NCBI RefSeq assembly: GCF_036321535.1
Contig: NC_087436.1
Coordinates: forward strand, 744,001-808,000
Length of the DNA stretch: 64,000 nt
DNA from: Camelus dromedarius
Lineage: Eukaryota
Direction: 5' to 3'
The first letter of the stretch is position 1, and each line of letters begins with the position of its first letter. A model generated the notes under the pieces. It was not told the origin of the DNA. It saw only the letters and a program-made list of their open reading frames with translations, and searched no databases. Shown piece by piece: positions 13,201 to 27,024 of this stretch. The translations under genes and the position numbers were made by a program.

Positions 13201-14172
13201 CTTATCTCTCAGAACAAAGCAAGTGGAGAGACGTTCGTTCATCTAGCACCAAGGGAACGGGTTGCAGGAGACACTTTTTCTCTGCTTTCTCAGTCTGTTT
13301 CCTAGTGCCGGTTTGAAGTTCCTGCAGTTTTCACTGTAAAACCGAGTTGGAGCTAGTACCTCCCCATATATATGTATGGAATGGAGTTTGCAACTGAAAA
13401 GAAACTTTGTGTTCCCAACAAGCTAGGTGAAGGACGGCTTTCACACACACTTATCTCTCAGAACTGAGCAAGTGGAGAGACGTTCGTTCATCTAGCACCA
13501 AGGGAACGGGTTGCAGGAGACACTTTTTCTCTGCTTTCTCAGTCTGTTTCCTAGTGACGGTTTGAAGTTCCATCAGTTTTCACTGTAAAACAGAGTTGGA
13601 GCTATTACCTCCTCATATATATGTATGGAATGGAGTTTGCAACTGAAAAGAAACTTTGTGTTCCCAACAAGCTAGGTGAAGGACGGCTTTCACACACACT
13701 TATCTCTCAGAACTGAGCAATTGGAGAGACGTTCGTTCATCTAGCACCAAGGGAACGGGTTGCAGGAGACACTTTTTCTCTGCTTCTCAGTTTGTTTCCT
13801 AGTGCCGGTTTGAAGTTCCTGCAGTTTTCACTGTAAAACCGAGTTGGAGCTAGTACCTCCCCTTATATATGTATGGAATGGAGTTTGCAACTGAAAAGAA
13901 ACTTTGTGTTCCCAACAAGCTAGGTGAAGGACGGCTTTCACACACACTTATCTCTCAAAACTGAGCAAGTGGAGAGACGTTCGTTCATCTAGCACCAAGG
14001 GAACGGGTTGCAGGAGACACTTTTTCTCTGCTTTCTCAGTCTGTTTCCTAGTGCCGGTTTCAAGTTCCTGCAGTTTTCACTGTAAAACCGAGTTGGAGCT
14101 TCTACCTCCCCATATATATGTATGGAATGGAGTTTGCAACTGAAAAGAAACTTTGTGTTCCCAACAAGCTAG
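7257..14172 (+). repeat. 14-monomer (3481-bp) tandem duplication, about 2 copies
   Basis: ORF-track pairs 7387/10868, 7862/11343, 8019/11500, 8539/12020 and 9624/13105 all differ by 3481 (14x249-5). Four shared deletions (1+2+1+1 bp) explain the -5. Shared private variants include TTTGTCAG, GGAGACACG, GGTGACAC, CCCATCAAG, AGAACAAAG and CTCAAAAC. Confidence 0.95.
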
Positions 14173-16687
14173 TTGAAGGACGGCTTTCACACACACTTAT
14201 CTCTCAGAACAGAGCAAGTGGAGAGACGTTCGTTCATCTAGCACCAAGCGAACGGGTTGCAGGAGACACTTTTTCTCTGCTTTCTCAGTCTGTTTCCTAG
14301 TGCCGGTTTGAAGTTCCTGCAGTTTTCACTGTAAAACAGAGTTGGAGCTAGTACCTACCCATATATATGTATGGAATGGAGTTTGCAACTGAAAAGAAAC
14401 TTTGTGTTCCCAACAAGCAAGGTGAAGGACGGCTTTCACACACACTTATCTCTCAGAACTGAGCAAGTGGAGAGACGTTCGTTCATCTAGCACCAAGGGA
14501 ACGGGTTGCAGGAGACACTTTTTCTCTGCTTTCTCAGTCTGTTTCCTAGTGCCGGTTTGAAGTTCCTGCAGTTTTCACTGTAAAACAGAGTTGGAGCTAG
14601 TACCTACCCATATATATGTATGGAATGGAGTTTGCAACTGAAAAGAAACTTTGTGTTCCCAACAAGCTAGGTGAAGGACGGCTTTCACACACACTTATCT
14701 CTCAGAACTGAGCAAGTGGAGAGACTTTCGTTCATGTAGCACAAAGGGAACGGGTTGCAGGAGACACTTTTCTCTGCTTTCTCAGTCTGTTTCCTAGTGT
14801 CGGTTTGAAGTTCCTGCAGTTTTCACTGTCAAACCGAGTTGGAGATAGTACCTTCCCATATATATGTATGGAATTGAGTTGGCAACTGAAAAGAATCTTT
14901 GTGTTCCCAACAAGCAAGGTGAAGGACGGCTTTCACACACACTTATCTCTCAGAACTGAGCAAGTGGAGAGACGTTCGTTCATCTAGCACCAAGGGAACG
15001 GGTTGCAGGAGACACTTTTTCTCTGCTTTCTCAGTCTGTTTCCTAGTGCCGGTTTGAAGTTCCTGCAGTTTTCACTGTCAAACCGAGTTGGAGCTGGAAC
15101 CTCCCCATATATATGTATGGAATGGAGTTTGAAACTGAAAAGAAACTTTGTGTTCCCAATAAGCTAGGTGAAGGACGGCTTTCACACGCACATATCTCTC
15201 AGAACTGAGCAAGTGGAGAGACGTACTTTCATCTAGCACCAAGGGAACGGGTTGCAGGAGACACTTTTTCCCTGCTTCCTCAGTCTGTTTCCTAGTGCCG
15301 GTTTGAAGTTCCTGCAGTTTTCACTGTAAAACCGAGTTGGAGCTTGTACCTCCCCATATATATGTATGGAATGGAGTTTGCAACTGAAAAGAAACTTTGT
15401 GTTCCCAACAAGCTAGGTGAAGGACGGCTTTCACACACACTTATCTCTCCGAACTGAGCAAGTGGAGAGACGTTCGTTCATGTAGCACAAAGGGAACGGG
15501 TTGCAGGAGACACTTTTTCTCTGCTTTCTCAGTCTGTTTCCTAGTGCCGGTTTGAAGTTCCTGCAGTTTTCACTCTCAAACCGAGTTCGAGCTAGTACCT
15601 CCCAATATATATGTATGGAATTCAGTTGGCAACTGAAAAGAAACATTGTGTTCCCAACAAGATAGGTGAAGGACGGCTTTCACACACACTTATCTCTCAG
15701 AACTGAGCAAGTGGAGAGACGTTCTTTCATGTAGCACCAAGGGAACGGGTTGCAGGAGACACTTTTTCTCTGCTTCCTCAGTCTGTTTCCTAGTGCCGGT
15801 TTGAAGATCCTGCAGTTTTCACTGTAAAACCGAGTTGGAGCTTGTACCTCCCCATATATATGTATGGAATGGAGTTTGCAACTGAAAAGAAACTTTGTGT
15901 TCCCAACAAGCTAGGTGAAGGACGGCTTTCACACACACTTATCTCTCAGAACTGAGCAAGTGGAGAGATGTTCGTTCATCTAGCACAAAGGGAATGGGTT
16001 GCAGGAGACACTTTTTCTCTGCTTTCTCAGTCTGTTTCCTAGTGCCAGTTTGAAGTTCCTGCAGTTTTCATTATCAAACCGATTTGGAGCTAGTATCTCC
16101 CCATATATATGTATGGAATGGAGTTTACAACTGAAAAGAAACTTTGTGTTCCCAACAAGCTTGGTGAAGAGCGGCTTCCACACACACTTATCTCTCAGAA
16201 CTGAGCAAGTGGAGAGACGTTCGTTCATCTAGCACCAAGGGAACGGGTTGCAGGAGACACTTTTTCTCTGCTTTCTCAGTCTGTTTCCTAGTGCCGGTTT
16301 GAAGTTCCTGCAGTTATCACTGTAAAACCGAGTTGGAGCTTGTACCTCCCCATATATATGTATGGAATGGAGTTTGCAACTGAAAAGAAACTTTGTGTTC
16401 CCAACAAGCAAGGTGAAGGGCGGCTTTCACACACACTTATCTCTCAGAACTGAGCAAGTGGAGAGACGTTCGTTCATCTAGCACCAAGGGAACGGGTTGC
16501 AGGAGACACTTTTTCTCTGCTTTCTCAGTCTGTTTCCTAGTGCCGTTTTGAAGTTCCTGCAGTTTTCACTGTAAAACAGAGTTGGAGCTAGTACCTACCC
16601 ATATATATGTATGGAATGGAGTTTGCAACTGAAAAGAAACTTTGTGTTCCCAACAAGCTAGGTGAAGGACGGCTTTCACACACACTT

Positions 16688-18212
16688 ATCTCTCAGAACT
16701 GAGCAAGTGGAGAGACGTTCGTTCATGTAGCACAAAGGGAACGGGTTGCAGGAGACACTTTTCTCTGCTTTCTCAGTCTGTTTCCTAGTGCCGGTTTGAA
16801 GTTCCTGCAGTTTTCACTGTCAAACCGAGTTGGAGCTAGTACCTTCCCATATATATGTATGGAATTGAGTTGGCAACTGAAAAGAAACTTTGTGTTCCCA
16901 ACAATCTAGGTGAAGGACGGCTTTCACACACACTTATCTCTCAGAACTGAGCAAGTGGAGAGACGTTCTTTCATGTAGCACCAAGGGAACGGGTTGCAGG
17001 AGACACTTTTTCTCTGCTTCCTCAGTCTGTTTCCTAGCGCCGGTTTGAAGTTCCTGCAGTTTTCACTGTAAAACCGAGTTGGAGCTTGTACCTCCCCATA
17101 TATATGTATGGAATGGAGTTTGCAACTGAAAATAAACTTTGTGTTCCCAACAAGCAAGGTGAAGGACGGCTTTCACACACACTTATCTCTCAGAACTGAG
17201 CAAGTGGAGAGACGTTCGTTCATCTAGCACCAAGGGAACGGGTTGCAGGAGACACTTTTTCTCTGCTTTCTCAGTCTGTTTCCTAGTGCCGGTTTGAAGT
17301 TCCTGCAGTTTTCACTGTCAAACCGAGTTGGAGCTAGAACCTCCCCATATATATGTATGGAATGGAGTTTGAAACTGAAAAGAAACTTTGTGTTCCCAAT
17401 AAGCTAGGTGAAGGACGGCTTTCACACGCACATATCTCTCAGAACTGAGCAAGTGGAGAGACGTTCGTTCATGTAGCACAAAGGGAACGGGTTGCAGGAG
17501 ACACTTTTCTCTGCTTTCTCAGTCTGTTTCCTAGTGCCGGTTTGAAGTTCCTGCAGTTTTCACTGTCAAACCGAGTTGGAGCTAGTACCTTCCCATATAT
17601 ATGTATGGAATTGAGTTGGCAACTGAAAAGAAACTTTGTGTTCCCAACAATCTAGGTGAAGGACGGCTTTCACACACACTTATCTCTCAGAACTGAGCAA
17701 GTGGAGAGACGTTCTTTCATGTAGCACCAAGGGAACGGGTTGCAGGAGACACTTTTTCTCTGCTTCCTCAGTCTGTTTCCTAGCGCCGGTTTGAAGTTCC
17801 TGCAGTTTTCACTGTAAAACCGAGTTGGAGCTTGTACCTCCCCATATATATGTATGGAATGGAGTTTGCAACTGAAAATAAACTTTGTGTTCCCAACAAG
17901 CAAGGTGAAGGACGGCTTTCACACACACTTATCTCTCAGAACTGAGCAAGTGGAGAGACGTTCGTTCATCTAGCACCAAGGGAACGGGTTGCAGGAGACA
18001 CTTTTTCTCTGCTTTCTCAGTCTGTTTCCTAGTGCCGGTTTGAAGTTCCTGCAGTTTTCACTGTCAAACCGAGTTGGAGCTAGAACCTCCCCATATATAT
18101 GTATGGAATGGAGTTTGAAACTGAAAAGAAACTTTGTGTTCCCAATAAGCTAGGTGAAGGACGGCTTTCACACGCACATATCTCTCAGAACTGAGCAAGT
18201 GGAGAGACGTTC
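16688..18212 (+). repeat. Trimer (746-bp) tandem duplication
   Basis: ORFs 16924/17670 differ by 746 (3x249-1). The private variant GAAAATAAAC occurs at about 17128 and 17874; TAGCGCCGG and CAATCTAGG are shared. Confidence 0.9.
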
Positions 18213-21200
18213 TTTCATCTAGCACCAAGGGAACGGGTTGCAGGAGACACTTTTTCTCTGCTTTCTCAGTCTGTTTCCTAGTGCCGGTTTGAAGTTCCTG
18301 CAGTTTTCACTGTCAACCCGAGGTGGAGCTAGTACCTCCCCATATATATGTATGGAATGGAGTTTGCAACTGAAAAGAAACTTTGTGTTCCCAACAAGCA
18401 AGGTGAAGGACGGCTTTCACACGCACATATCTCTCAGAACTGAGCAAGTGGAGAGACGTTCTTTCATCTAGCACCAAGGGAACGGGTTGCAGGAGACACT
18501 TTTTCTCTGCTTTCTCAGTCTGTTTCCTAGTGCCGGTTTGAAGTTCCTGCAGTTTTCACTGTCAACCCGAGGTGGAGCTAGTACCACCCCATATATATGT
18601 ATGGAATGGAGTTTGCAACTGAAAAGAAACTTTGTGTTCCCAACAAGCAAGTTGAAGGACGGCTTTCACACGCACATATCTCTCAGAACTGAGCAAGTGG
18701 AGAGATGTTCGTTCATCTAGCACAAAGGGAATGGGTTGCAGGAGACACTTTTTCTCTGCTTTCTCAGTCTGTTTCCTAGTGCCGGTTTGAAGTTCCTGCA
18801 GTTATCACTGTAAAACCGAGTTGGAGCTTGTACCTCCCCATATATATGTATGGAATGGAGTTTGCAACTGAAAAGAAACTTTGTGTTCCCAACAAGCAAG
18901 GTGAAGGACGGCTTTCACACACACTTATCTCTCAGAACTGAGCAAGTGGAGAGACGTTCGTTCATCTAGCACCAAGGGAACGGGTTGCAGGAGACACTTT
19001 TTCTCTGCTTTCTCAGTCTGTTTCCTAGTGCCGGTTTGAAGTTCCTGCAGTTTTCACTGTAAAACAGAGTTGGAGCTAGTACCTACCCATATATATGTAT
19101 GGAATGGAGTTTGCAACTGAAAAGAAACTTTGTGTTCCCAACAAGCTAGGTGAAGGACGGCTTTCACACACACTTATCTCTCAGAACTGAGCAAGTGGAG
19201 AGACGTTCGTTCATGTAGCACAAAGGGAACGGGTTGCAGGAGACACTTTTCTCTGCTTTCTCAGTCTGTTTCCTAGTGCCGGTTTGAAGTTCCTGCAGTT
19301 TTCACTGTCAAACCGAGTTGGAGCTAGTACCTTCCCATATATATGTATGGAATTGAGTTGGCAACTGAAAAGAAACTTTGTGTTCCCAACAATCTAGGTG
19401 AAGGACGGCTTTCACACACACTTATCTCTCAGAACTGAGCAAGTGGAGAGACGTTCTTTCATGTAGCACCAAGGGAACGGGTTGCAGGAGACACTTTTTC
19501 TCTGCTTCCTCAGTCTGTTTCCTAGCGCCGGTTTGAAGTTCCTGCAGTTTTCACTGTAAAACCGAGTTGGAGCTTGTACCTCCCCATATATATGTATGGA
19601 ATGGAGTTTGCAACTGAAAAGAAACTTTGTGTTCCCAACAAGCAAGGTGAAGGACGGCTTTCACACACACTTATCTCTCAGAACTGAGCAAGTGGAGAGA
19701 CGTTCGTTCATCTAGCACCAAGGGAACGGGTTGCAGGAGACACTTTTTCTCTGCTTTCTCAGTCTGTTTCCTAGTGCCGGTTTGAAGTTCCTGCAGTTTT
19801 CACTGTCAAACCGTGTTGGAGCTAGAACCTCCCCATATATATGTATGGAATGGAGTTTGAAACTGAAAAGAAACTTTGTGTTCCCAATAAGCTAGGTGAA
19901 GGACAGCTTTCACACGCACATATCTCTCAGAACTGAGCAAGTGGAGAGACGTTCTTTCATCTAGCACCAAGGGAACGGGTTGCAGGAGACACTTTTTCCC
20001 TGCTTCCTCAGTCTGTTTCCTAGTGCCGGTTTGAAGTTCCTGCAGTTTTCTCTGTAAAACCGAGTTGGAGCTTGTACCTCCCAATATATATGTATGGAAT
20101 TGAGTTGGCAACTGAAAAGAAACTTTGTGTTCCCAACAAGATAGGTGAAGGACGGCTTTCACACACACTTATCTCTCAGAACTGAGCAAGTGGAGAGACG
20201 TTCTTTCATGTAGCACCAAGGGAACGGGTTGCAGGAGACACTTTTTCTCTGCTTCCTCAGTCTGTTTCCTAGTGCCGGTTTGAAGTTCCTGCAGTTTTCA
20301 CTGTAAAACCGAGTTGGAGCTTGTACCTCCCCATGTATATGTATGGAATGGAGTTTGCAACTGAAAAGAAACTTTGTGTTCCCAACAAGCTAGGTGAAGG
20401 ACGGCTTTCACACACACTTATCTCTCAGAACTGAGCAAGTGGAGAGACGTTCGTTCATCTAGCACCAAGGGAACGGGTTGCAGGAGACACTTTTTCTCTG
20501 CTTTCTCAGTCTGTTTCCTAGTGCCGGTTTGAAGTTCCTGCAGTTTTCACCGTGAAACCGAGTTGGAGCTTCTACCTCCCAATATATATGTATGGAATGG
20601 AGTTTGCAACTGAAAAGAAACTTTGTGTTCCCAACAAGCTAGGTGAAGGACGGCTTTCACACACACTTATCTCTCAGAACAGAGCAATTGGAGAGACGTT
20701 CGTTCATCTAGCACCAAGGGAACGCGTTGCAGGAGACACTTTTTCTCTGCTTTCTCAGTCTGTTTCCTAGTGCCGGTTTGAAGTTCCTGCAGTTTTCACT
20801 GTCAACCCGAGGTGGAGCTAGTACCTCCCCATATATATGTATGGAATGGAGTTTGCAACTGAAAAGAAACTTTGTGTTCCCAACAAGCAAGGTGAAGGAC
20901 GGCTTTCACACGCACATATCTCTCAGAACTGAGCAAGTGGAGAGATGTTCGTTCATCTAGCACAAAGGGAACGGGTTGCAGGAGACACTTTTTCTCTGCT
21001 TTCTCAGTCTGTTTCCTAGTGCCAGTTTGAAGTTCCTGCAGTTTTCATTATCAAACCGATTTGGAGCTAATATCTCCCCATATATATGTATGGAATGGAG
21101 TTTACAACTGAAAAGAAACTTTGTGTTCCCAACAAGCTTGGTGAAGAGCGGCTTTCACACACACTTATCTCTCAGACCTGAGCAAGTGGAGAGACGTTCG

Positions 21201-23299
21201 TTCATCCAGCACCAAGGGAACGGGTTGCAGGAGACACTTTTTCTCTGCTTTCTCAGTCTGTTTCCTAGTGCCGGTTTGAAGTTCCTGCAGTTATCACTGT
21301 AAAACCGAGTTGGAGCTTGTACCTCCCCATATATATGTATGGAATGGAGTTTGCAACTGAAAAGAAACTTTGTGTTCCCAACAAGCTAGGTGAAGGACGG
21401 CTTTCACACACACTTATCTCTCAGAACTGAGCAAGTGGAGAGACTTTCGTTCATCTAGCACCAAGGGAACGGGTTGCAGGAGACACTTTTTCTCTGTTTT
21501 CTCAGTCTGTTTCCTAGTGCCGGTTTGAAGTTCCTGCAGTTTTCACTGTGAAACCCAGTTGGAGCTTCTACCTCCCCATATATATGTATGGAATGGAGTT
21601 TGCAACTGAAAAGAAACTTTGTGTTCCCAACAAGCAAGTTGAAGGACGGCTTTCACACACACTTATCTCTCAGAACTGAGCAAGTGGAGAGACGTTCGTT
21701 CATCTAGCACCAAGGGAACGGGTTGCAGGAGACACTTTTTCTCTGCTTTCTCAGTCTGTTTCCTAGTGCCGGTTTGAAGTTCCTGCAGTTTTCACTGTCA
21801 ATCCGAGTTGGAGCTAGTACCTCCCCGTATATATGTATGGAATGGAGTTTGCAACTGAAAAGAAACTTTGTGTTCCCAACAAGCTAGGTGAAGGACGGCT
21901 TTCACACACATTTATCTCTCAGAACTGAGCAAGTGGAGAGACGTTCGTTCATGTAGCACCAAGGGAACGAGTTGCAGGAGACACTTTTTCTTTGCTTTCT
22001 CAGTCTGTTTCCTAGTGCCGGTTTGAAGTTCCTGCAGTTTTCACTGTGAAACCCAGTTGGAGCTTCTACCTCCCCATATATATGTAAGGAATGGAGTTTG
22101 CAACTGAAAAGAAACTTTGTGTTCCCAACAAGCTAGGTGAAGGACCGCTTTCACACACACTTATCTCTCAGAACTGAGCAACTGGAGAGACGTTCGTTCA
22201 TGTAGCACAAAGAGAAAGGGTTGCAGGAGACACTTATTCTCTGCATTTTCAGTCTGTTTCCTAGTGCCGGTTTGAAGTTCCTGCAGTTTTCACTGTCAAA
22301 CCTAGTTGGAGCTAGTACCTCCCCATATATATGTATGGAATTGAGTTGGCAACTGAAAAGAAACTTTGTGTTCCCAACAAGCTAGGTGAAGGACGGCTTT
22401 CACACACACTTACCTCTCAGAACTGAGTAAGTGGAGAGACGTTTTTTCATGTAGCAGCAAGGGAACGGGTTAGAGGAGACACTTTTTCTCTGCTTCCTCA
22501 GTCTGTTTCCTAGTGCCGGTTTGAAGTTCCTGCAGTTTTCACTGTAAAACCGAGTTGGAGCTTGTACCTCCCCATATATATGTATGGAATGGAGTTTGCA
22601 ACTGAAAAGAAACTTTGTGTTCCCAACAAGCTAGGTGAAGGACGGCTTTCACACGCACATATCTCTCAGAACTGAGCAAGTGGAGAGACGTTCTTTCATC
22701 TAGCACGAAGGGAACGGGTTGCAGGAGACACTTTTTCCCTGCTTCCTCAGTCTGTTTCCTAGTGCCGGTTTGAAGTTCCTGCAGTTTTCACTGTAAAACC
22801 GAGTTGGAGCTTGTACCTCCCCATATATATGTATGGAATGGAGTTTGCAACTGAAAAGAAACTTTGTGTTCCCAACAAGCTAGGTGAAGGACGGCTTTCA
22901 CACACACTTATCTCTCAGAACTGAGCAAGTGGAGAGACGTTCGTTCATGTAGCACAAAGGGAACGGGTTGCAGGAGACACTTTTTCTCTGCTTTCTCAGT
23001 CTGTTTCCTAGTGCCGGTTTGAAGTTCCTGCAGTTTTCACTCTCAAACCGAGTTCGAGCTAGTACCTCCCAATATATATGTATGGAATTGAGTTGGCAAC
23101 TGAAAAGAAACTTTGTGTTCCCAACAAGATAGGTGAAGGACGGCTTTCACACACACTTATCTCTCAGAACTGAGCAAGTGGAGAGACGTTATTTCATGTA
23201 GCACCAAGGGAACGGGTTGCAGGAGACACTTTTTCTCTGCTTCCTCAGTCTGTTTCCTAGTGCCGGTTTGAAGTTCCTGCAGTTTTCACTGTAAAACAG

Positions 23300-26200
23300 A
23301 GTTGGAGCTTGTACCTCCCCATATATATGTATGGAATGGAGTTTGCAACTGAAAAGAAACTTTGTGTTCCCAACAAGCTAGGTGAAGGACGGCTTTCACA
23401 CACACTTATCTCTCAGAACTGAGCAAGTGGAGAGACGTTCGTTCATCTAGCACCAAGGGAACGGGTTGCAGGAGACACTTTTTCTCTGCTTTCTCAGTCT
23501 GTTTCCTAGTGCCGGTTTGAAGTTCCTGCAGTTTTCACTGTGAAACCGAGTTGGAGCTTCTACCTCCCCATATATATGTATGGAATGGAGTTTGCAACTG
23601 AAAAGAAACTTTGTGTTCCCAACAAGCTAGGTGAAGGACGGCTTTCACACACACTTATCTCTCAGAACAGAGCAATTGGAGAGACGTTCGTTCATCTAGC
23701 ACCAAGGGAACGCGTTGCAGGAGACACTTTTTCTCTGCTTTCTCAGTCTGTTTCCTAGTGCCGGTTTGAAGTTCCTGCAGTTTTCACTGTCAACCCGAGG
23801 TGGAGCTAGTACCTCCCCATATATATGTATGGAATGGAGTTTGCAACTGAAAAGAAACTTTGTGTTCCCAACAAGCAAGGTGAAGGACGGCTTTCACACG
23901 CACATATCTCTCAGAACTGAGCAAGTGGAGAGATGTTCGTTCATCTAGCACAAAGGGAATGGGTTGCAGGAGACACTTTTTCTCTGCTTTCTCAGTCTGT
24001 TTCCTAGTGCCAGTTTGAAGTTCCTGCAGTTTTCATTATCAAACCGATTTGGAGCTAGTATCTCCCCATATATATGTATGGAATGGAGTTTACAACTGAA
24101 AAGAAACTTTGTGTTCCCAACAAGCTTGGTGAAGAGCGGCTTCCACACACACTTATCTCTCAGAACTGAGCAAGTGGAGAGACGTTCGTTCATCCAGCAC
24201 CAAGGGAACGAGTTGCAGGAGACACTTTTTCTCTGCTTTCTCAGTCTGTTTCCTAGTGCCGGTTTGAAGTTCCTGCAGTTATCACTGTAAAACCGAGTTG
24301 GAGCTTGTACCTCCCCATATATATGTATGGAATGGAGTTTGCAACTGAAAAGAAACTTTGTGTTCCCAACAAGCAAGGTGAAGGGCGGCTTTCACACACA
24401 CTTATCTCTCAGAACTGAGCAAGTGGAGAGACGTTCGTTCATCTAGCACCAAGGGAACGGGTTGCAGGAGACACTTTTTCTCTGCTTTCTCAGTCTGTTT
24501 CCTAGTGCCGGTTTGAAGTTCCTGCAGTTTTCACTGTAAAACAGAGTTGGAGCTAGTACCTACCCATATATATGTATGGAATGGAGTTTGCAACTGAAAA
24601 GAAACTTTGTGTTCCCAACAAGCTAGGTGAAGGACGGCTTTCACACACACTTATCTCTCAGAACTGAGCAAGTGGAGAGACGTTCGTTCATGTAGCACAA
24701 AGGGAACGGGTTGCAGGAGACACTTTTCTCTGCTTTCTCAGTGTGTTTCCTAGTGCCGGTTTGAAGTTCCTGCAGTTTTCACTGTCAAACCGAGTTGGAG
24801 CTAGTACCTTCCCATATATATGTATGGAATTGAGTTGGCAACTGAAAAGAAACTTTGTGTTCCCAACAATCTAGGTGAAGGACGGCTTTCACACACACTT
24901 ATCTCTCAGAACTGAGCAAGTGGAGAGACGTTCTTTCATGTAGCACCAAGGGAACGGGTTGCAGGAGACACTTTTTCTCTGCTTCCTCAGTCTGTTTCCT
25001 AGTGCCGGTTTGAAGTTCCTGCAGTTTTCACTGTAAAACCGAGTTGGAGCTTGTACCTCCCCATATATATGTATGGAATGGAGTTTGCAACTGAAAAGAA
25101 ACTTTGTGTTCCCAACAAGCTAGGTGAAGGACGGCTTTCACACACACTTATCTCTCAGAACTGAGCAAGTGGAGAGACGTTCGTTCATCTAGCACCAAGG
25201 GAACGGGTTGCAGGAGACACTTTTTCTCTGCTTTCTCAGTCTGTTTCCTAGTGCCGGTTTGAATTTCCTGCAGTTTTCACTGTGAAACCGAGTTGGAGCT
25301 TCTACCTCCCCATATATATGTATGGAATGGAGTTTGCAACTGAAAAGAAACTTTGTGTTCCCAACAAGCTAGGTGAAGGACGGCTTTCACACACACTTAT
25401 CTCTCAGAACAGAGCAATTGGAGAGACGTTCGTTCATCTAGCACCAAGGGAACGCGTTGCAGGAGACACTTTTTCTCTGCTTTCTCAGTCTGTTTCCTAG
25501 TGCCGGTTTGAAGTTCCTGCAGTTTTCACTGTCAACCCGAGGTGGAGCTAGTACCTCCCCATATATATGTATGGAATGGAGTTTGCAACTGAAAAGATAC
25601 TTTGTGTTCCCAACAAGCAAGGTGAAGGACGGCTTTCACACGAACATATCTCTCAGAACTGAGCAAGTGGAGAGATGTTCGTTCATCTAGCACAAAGGGA
25701 ATGGGTTGCAGGGACACTTTTTCTCTGCTTTCTCAGTCTGTTTCCTAGTGCCAGTTTGAAGTTCCTGCAGTTTTCATTATCAAACCGATTTGGAGCTAGT
25801 ATCTCCCCATATATATGTATGGAATGGAGTTTACAACTGAAAAGAAACTTTGTGTTCCCAACAAGCTTGGTGAAGAGCGGCTTCCACACACACTTATCTC
25901 TCAGAACTGAGCAAGTGGAGAGACGTTCGTTCATCCAGCACCAAGGGAACGGGTTGCAGGAGACACTTTTTCTCTGCTTTCTCAGTCTGTTTCCTAGTGC
26001 CGGTTTGAAGTTCCTGCAGTTATCACTGTAAAACCGAGTTGGAGCTTGTACCTCCCCATATATATGTATGGAATGGAGTTTGCAACTGAAAAGAAACTTT
26101 GTGTTCCCAACAAGCAAGGTGAAGGGCGGCTTTCACACACACTTATCTCTCAGAACTGAGCAAGTGGAGAGACGTTCGTTCATCTAGCACCAAGGGAACG

Positions 26201-26743
26201 GGTTGCAGGAGACACTTTTTCTCTGCTTTCTCAGTCTGTTTCCTAGTGCCGGTTTGAAGTTCCTGCAGTTTTCACTGTAAAACAGAGTTGGAGCTAGTAC
26301 CTACCCATATATATGTATGGAATGGAGTTTGCAACTGAAAAGAAACTTTGCGTTCCCAACAAGCTAGGTGAAGGACGGCTTTCACACACACTTATCTCTC
26401 AGAACTGAGCAAGTGGAGAGACGTTCGTTCATGTAGCACAAAGGGAACGGGTTGCAGGAGACACTTTTCTCTGCTTTCTCAGTGTGTTTCCTAGTGCCGG
26501 TTTGAAGTTCCTGCAGTTTTCACTGTCAAACCGAGTTGGAGCTAGTACCTTCCCATATATATGAATGGAATTGAGTTGGCAACTGAAAAGAAACTTTGTG
26601 TTCCCAACAATCTAGGTGAAGGACGGCTTTCACACACACTTATCTCTCAGAACTGAGCAAGTGGAGAGACGTTCTTTCATGTAGCACCAAGGGAACGGGT
26701 TGCAGGAGACACTTTTTCTCTGCTTCCTCAGTCTGTTTCCTAG
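23300..26743 (+). repeat. 7-monomer (about 1742-bp) tandem duplication
   Basis: ORFs 23540/25282, 23696/25438 and 23715/25457 differ by 1742. Shared variants: GGAATGGG, GCTTCCAC, GAAGGGCGG, CAGTGTGTT. Confidence 0.88.
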
Positions 26744-27024
26744 CGCCGGTTTGAAGTTCCTGCAGTTTTCACTGTAAAACCGAGTTGGAGCTTGTACCTC
26801 CCCATATATATGTATGGAATGGAGTTTGCAACTGAAAAGAAACTTTGTGTTCCCAACAAGCAAGGTGAAGGACGGCTTTCACACACACTTATCTCTCAGA
26901 ACTGAGCAAGTGGAGAGACGTTCGTTCATCTAGCACCAAGGGAACGGGTTGCAGGAGACACTTTTTCTCTGCTTTCTCAGTCTGTTTCCTAGTGCCGGTT
27001 TGAAGTTCCTGCAGTTTTCACTGT

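Noticed and set aside
7257..14172. Duplications as pure assembly artefacts
   Set aside because: Most copy pairs I checked differ by a few substitutions and are nested at different divergence levels, which favours real duplications. This is not fully excluded without reads.
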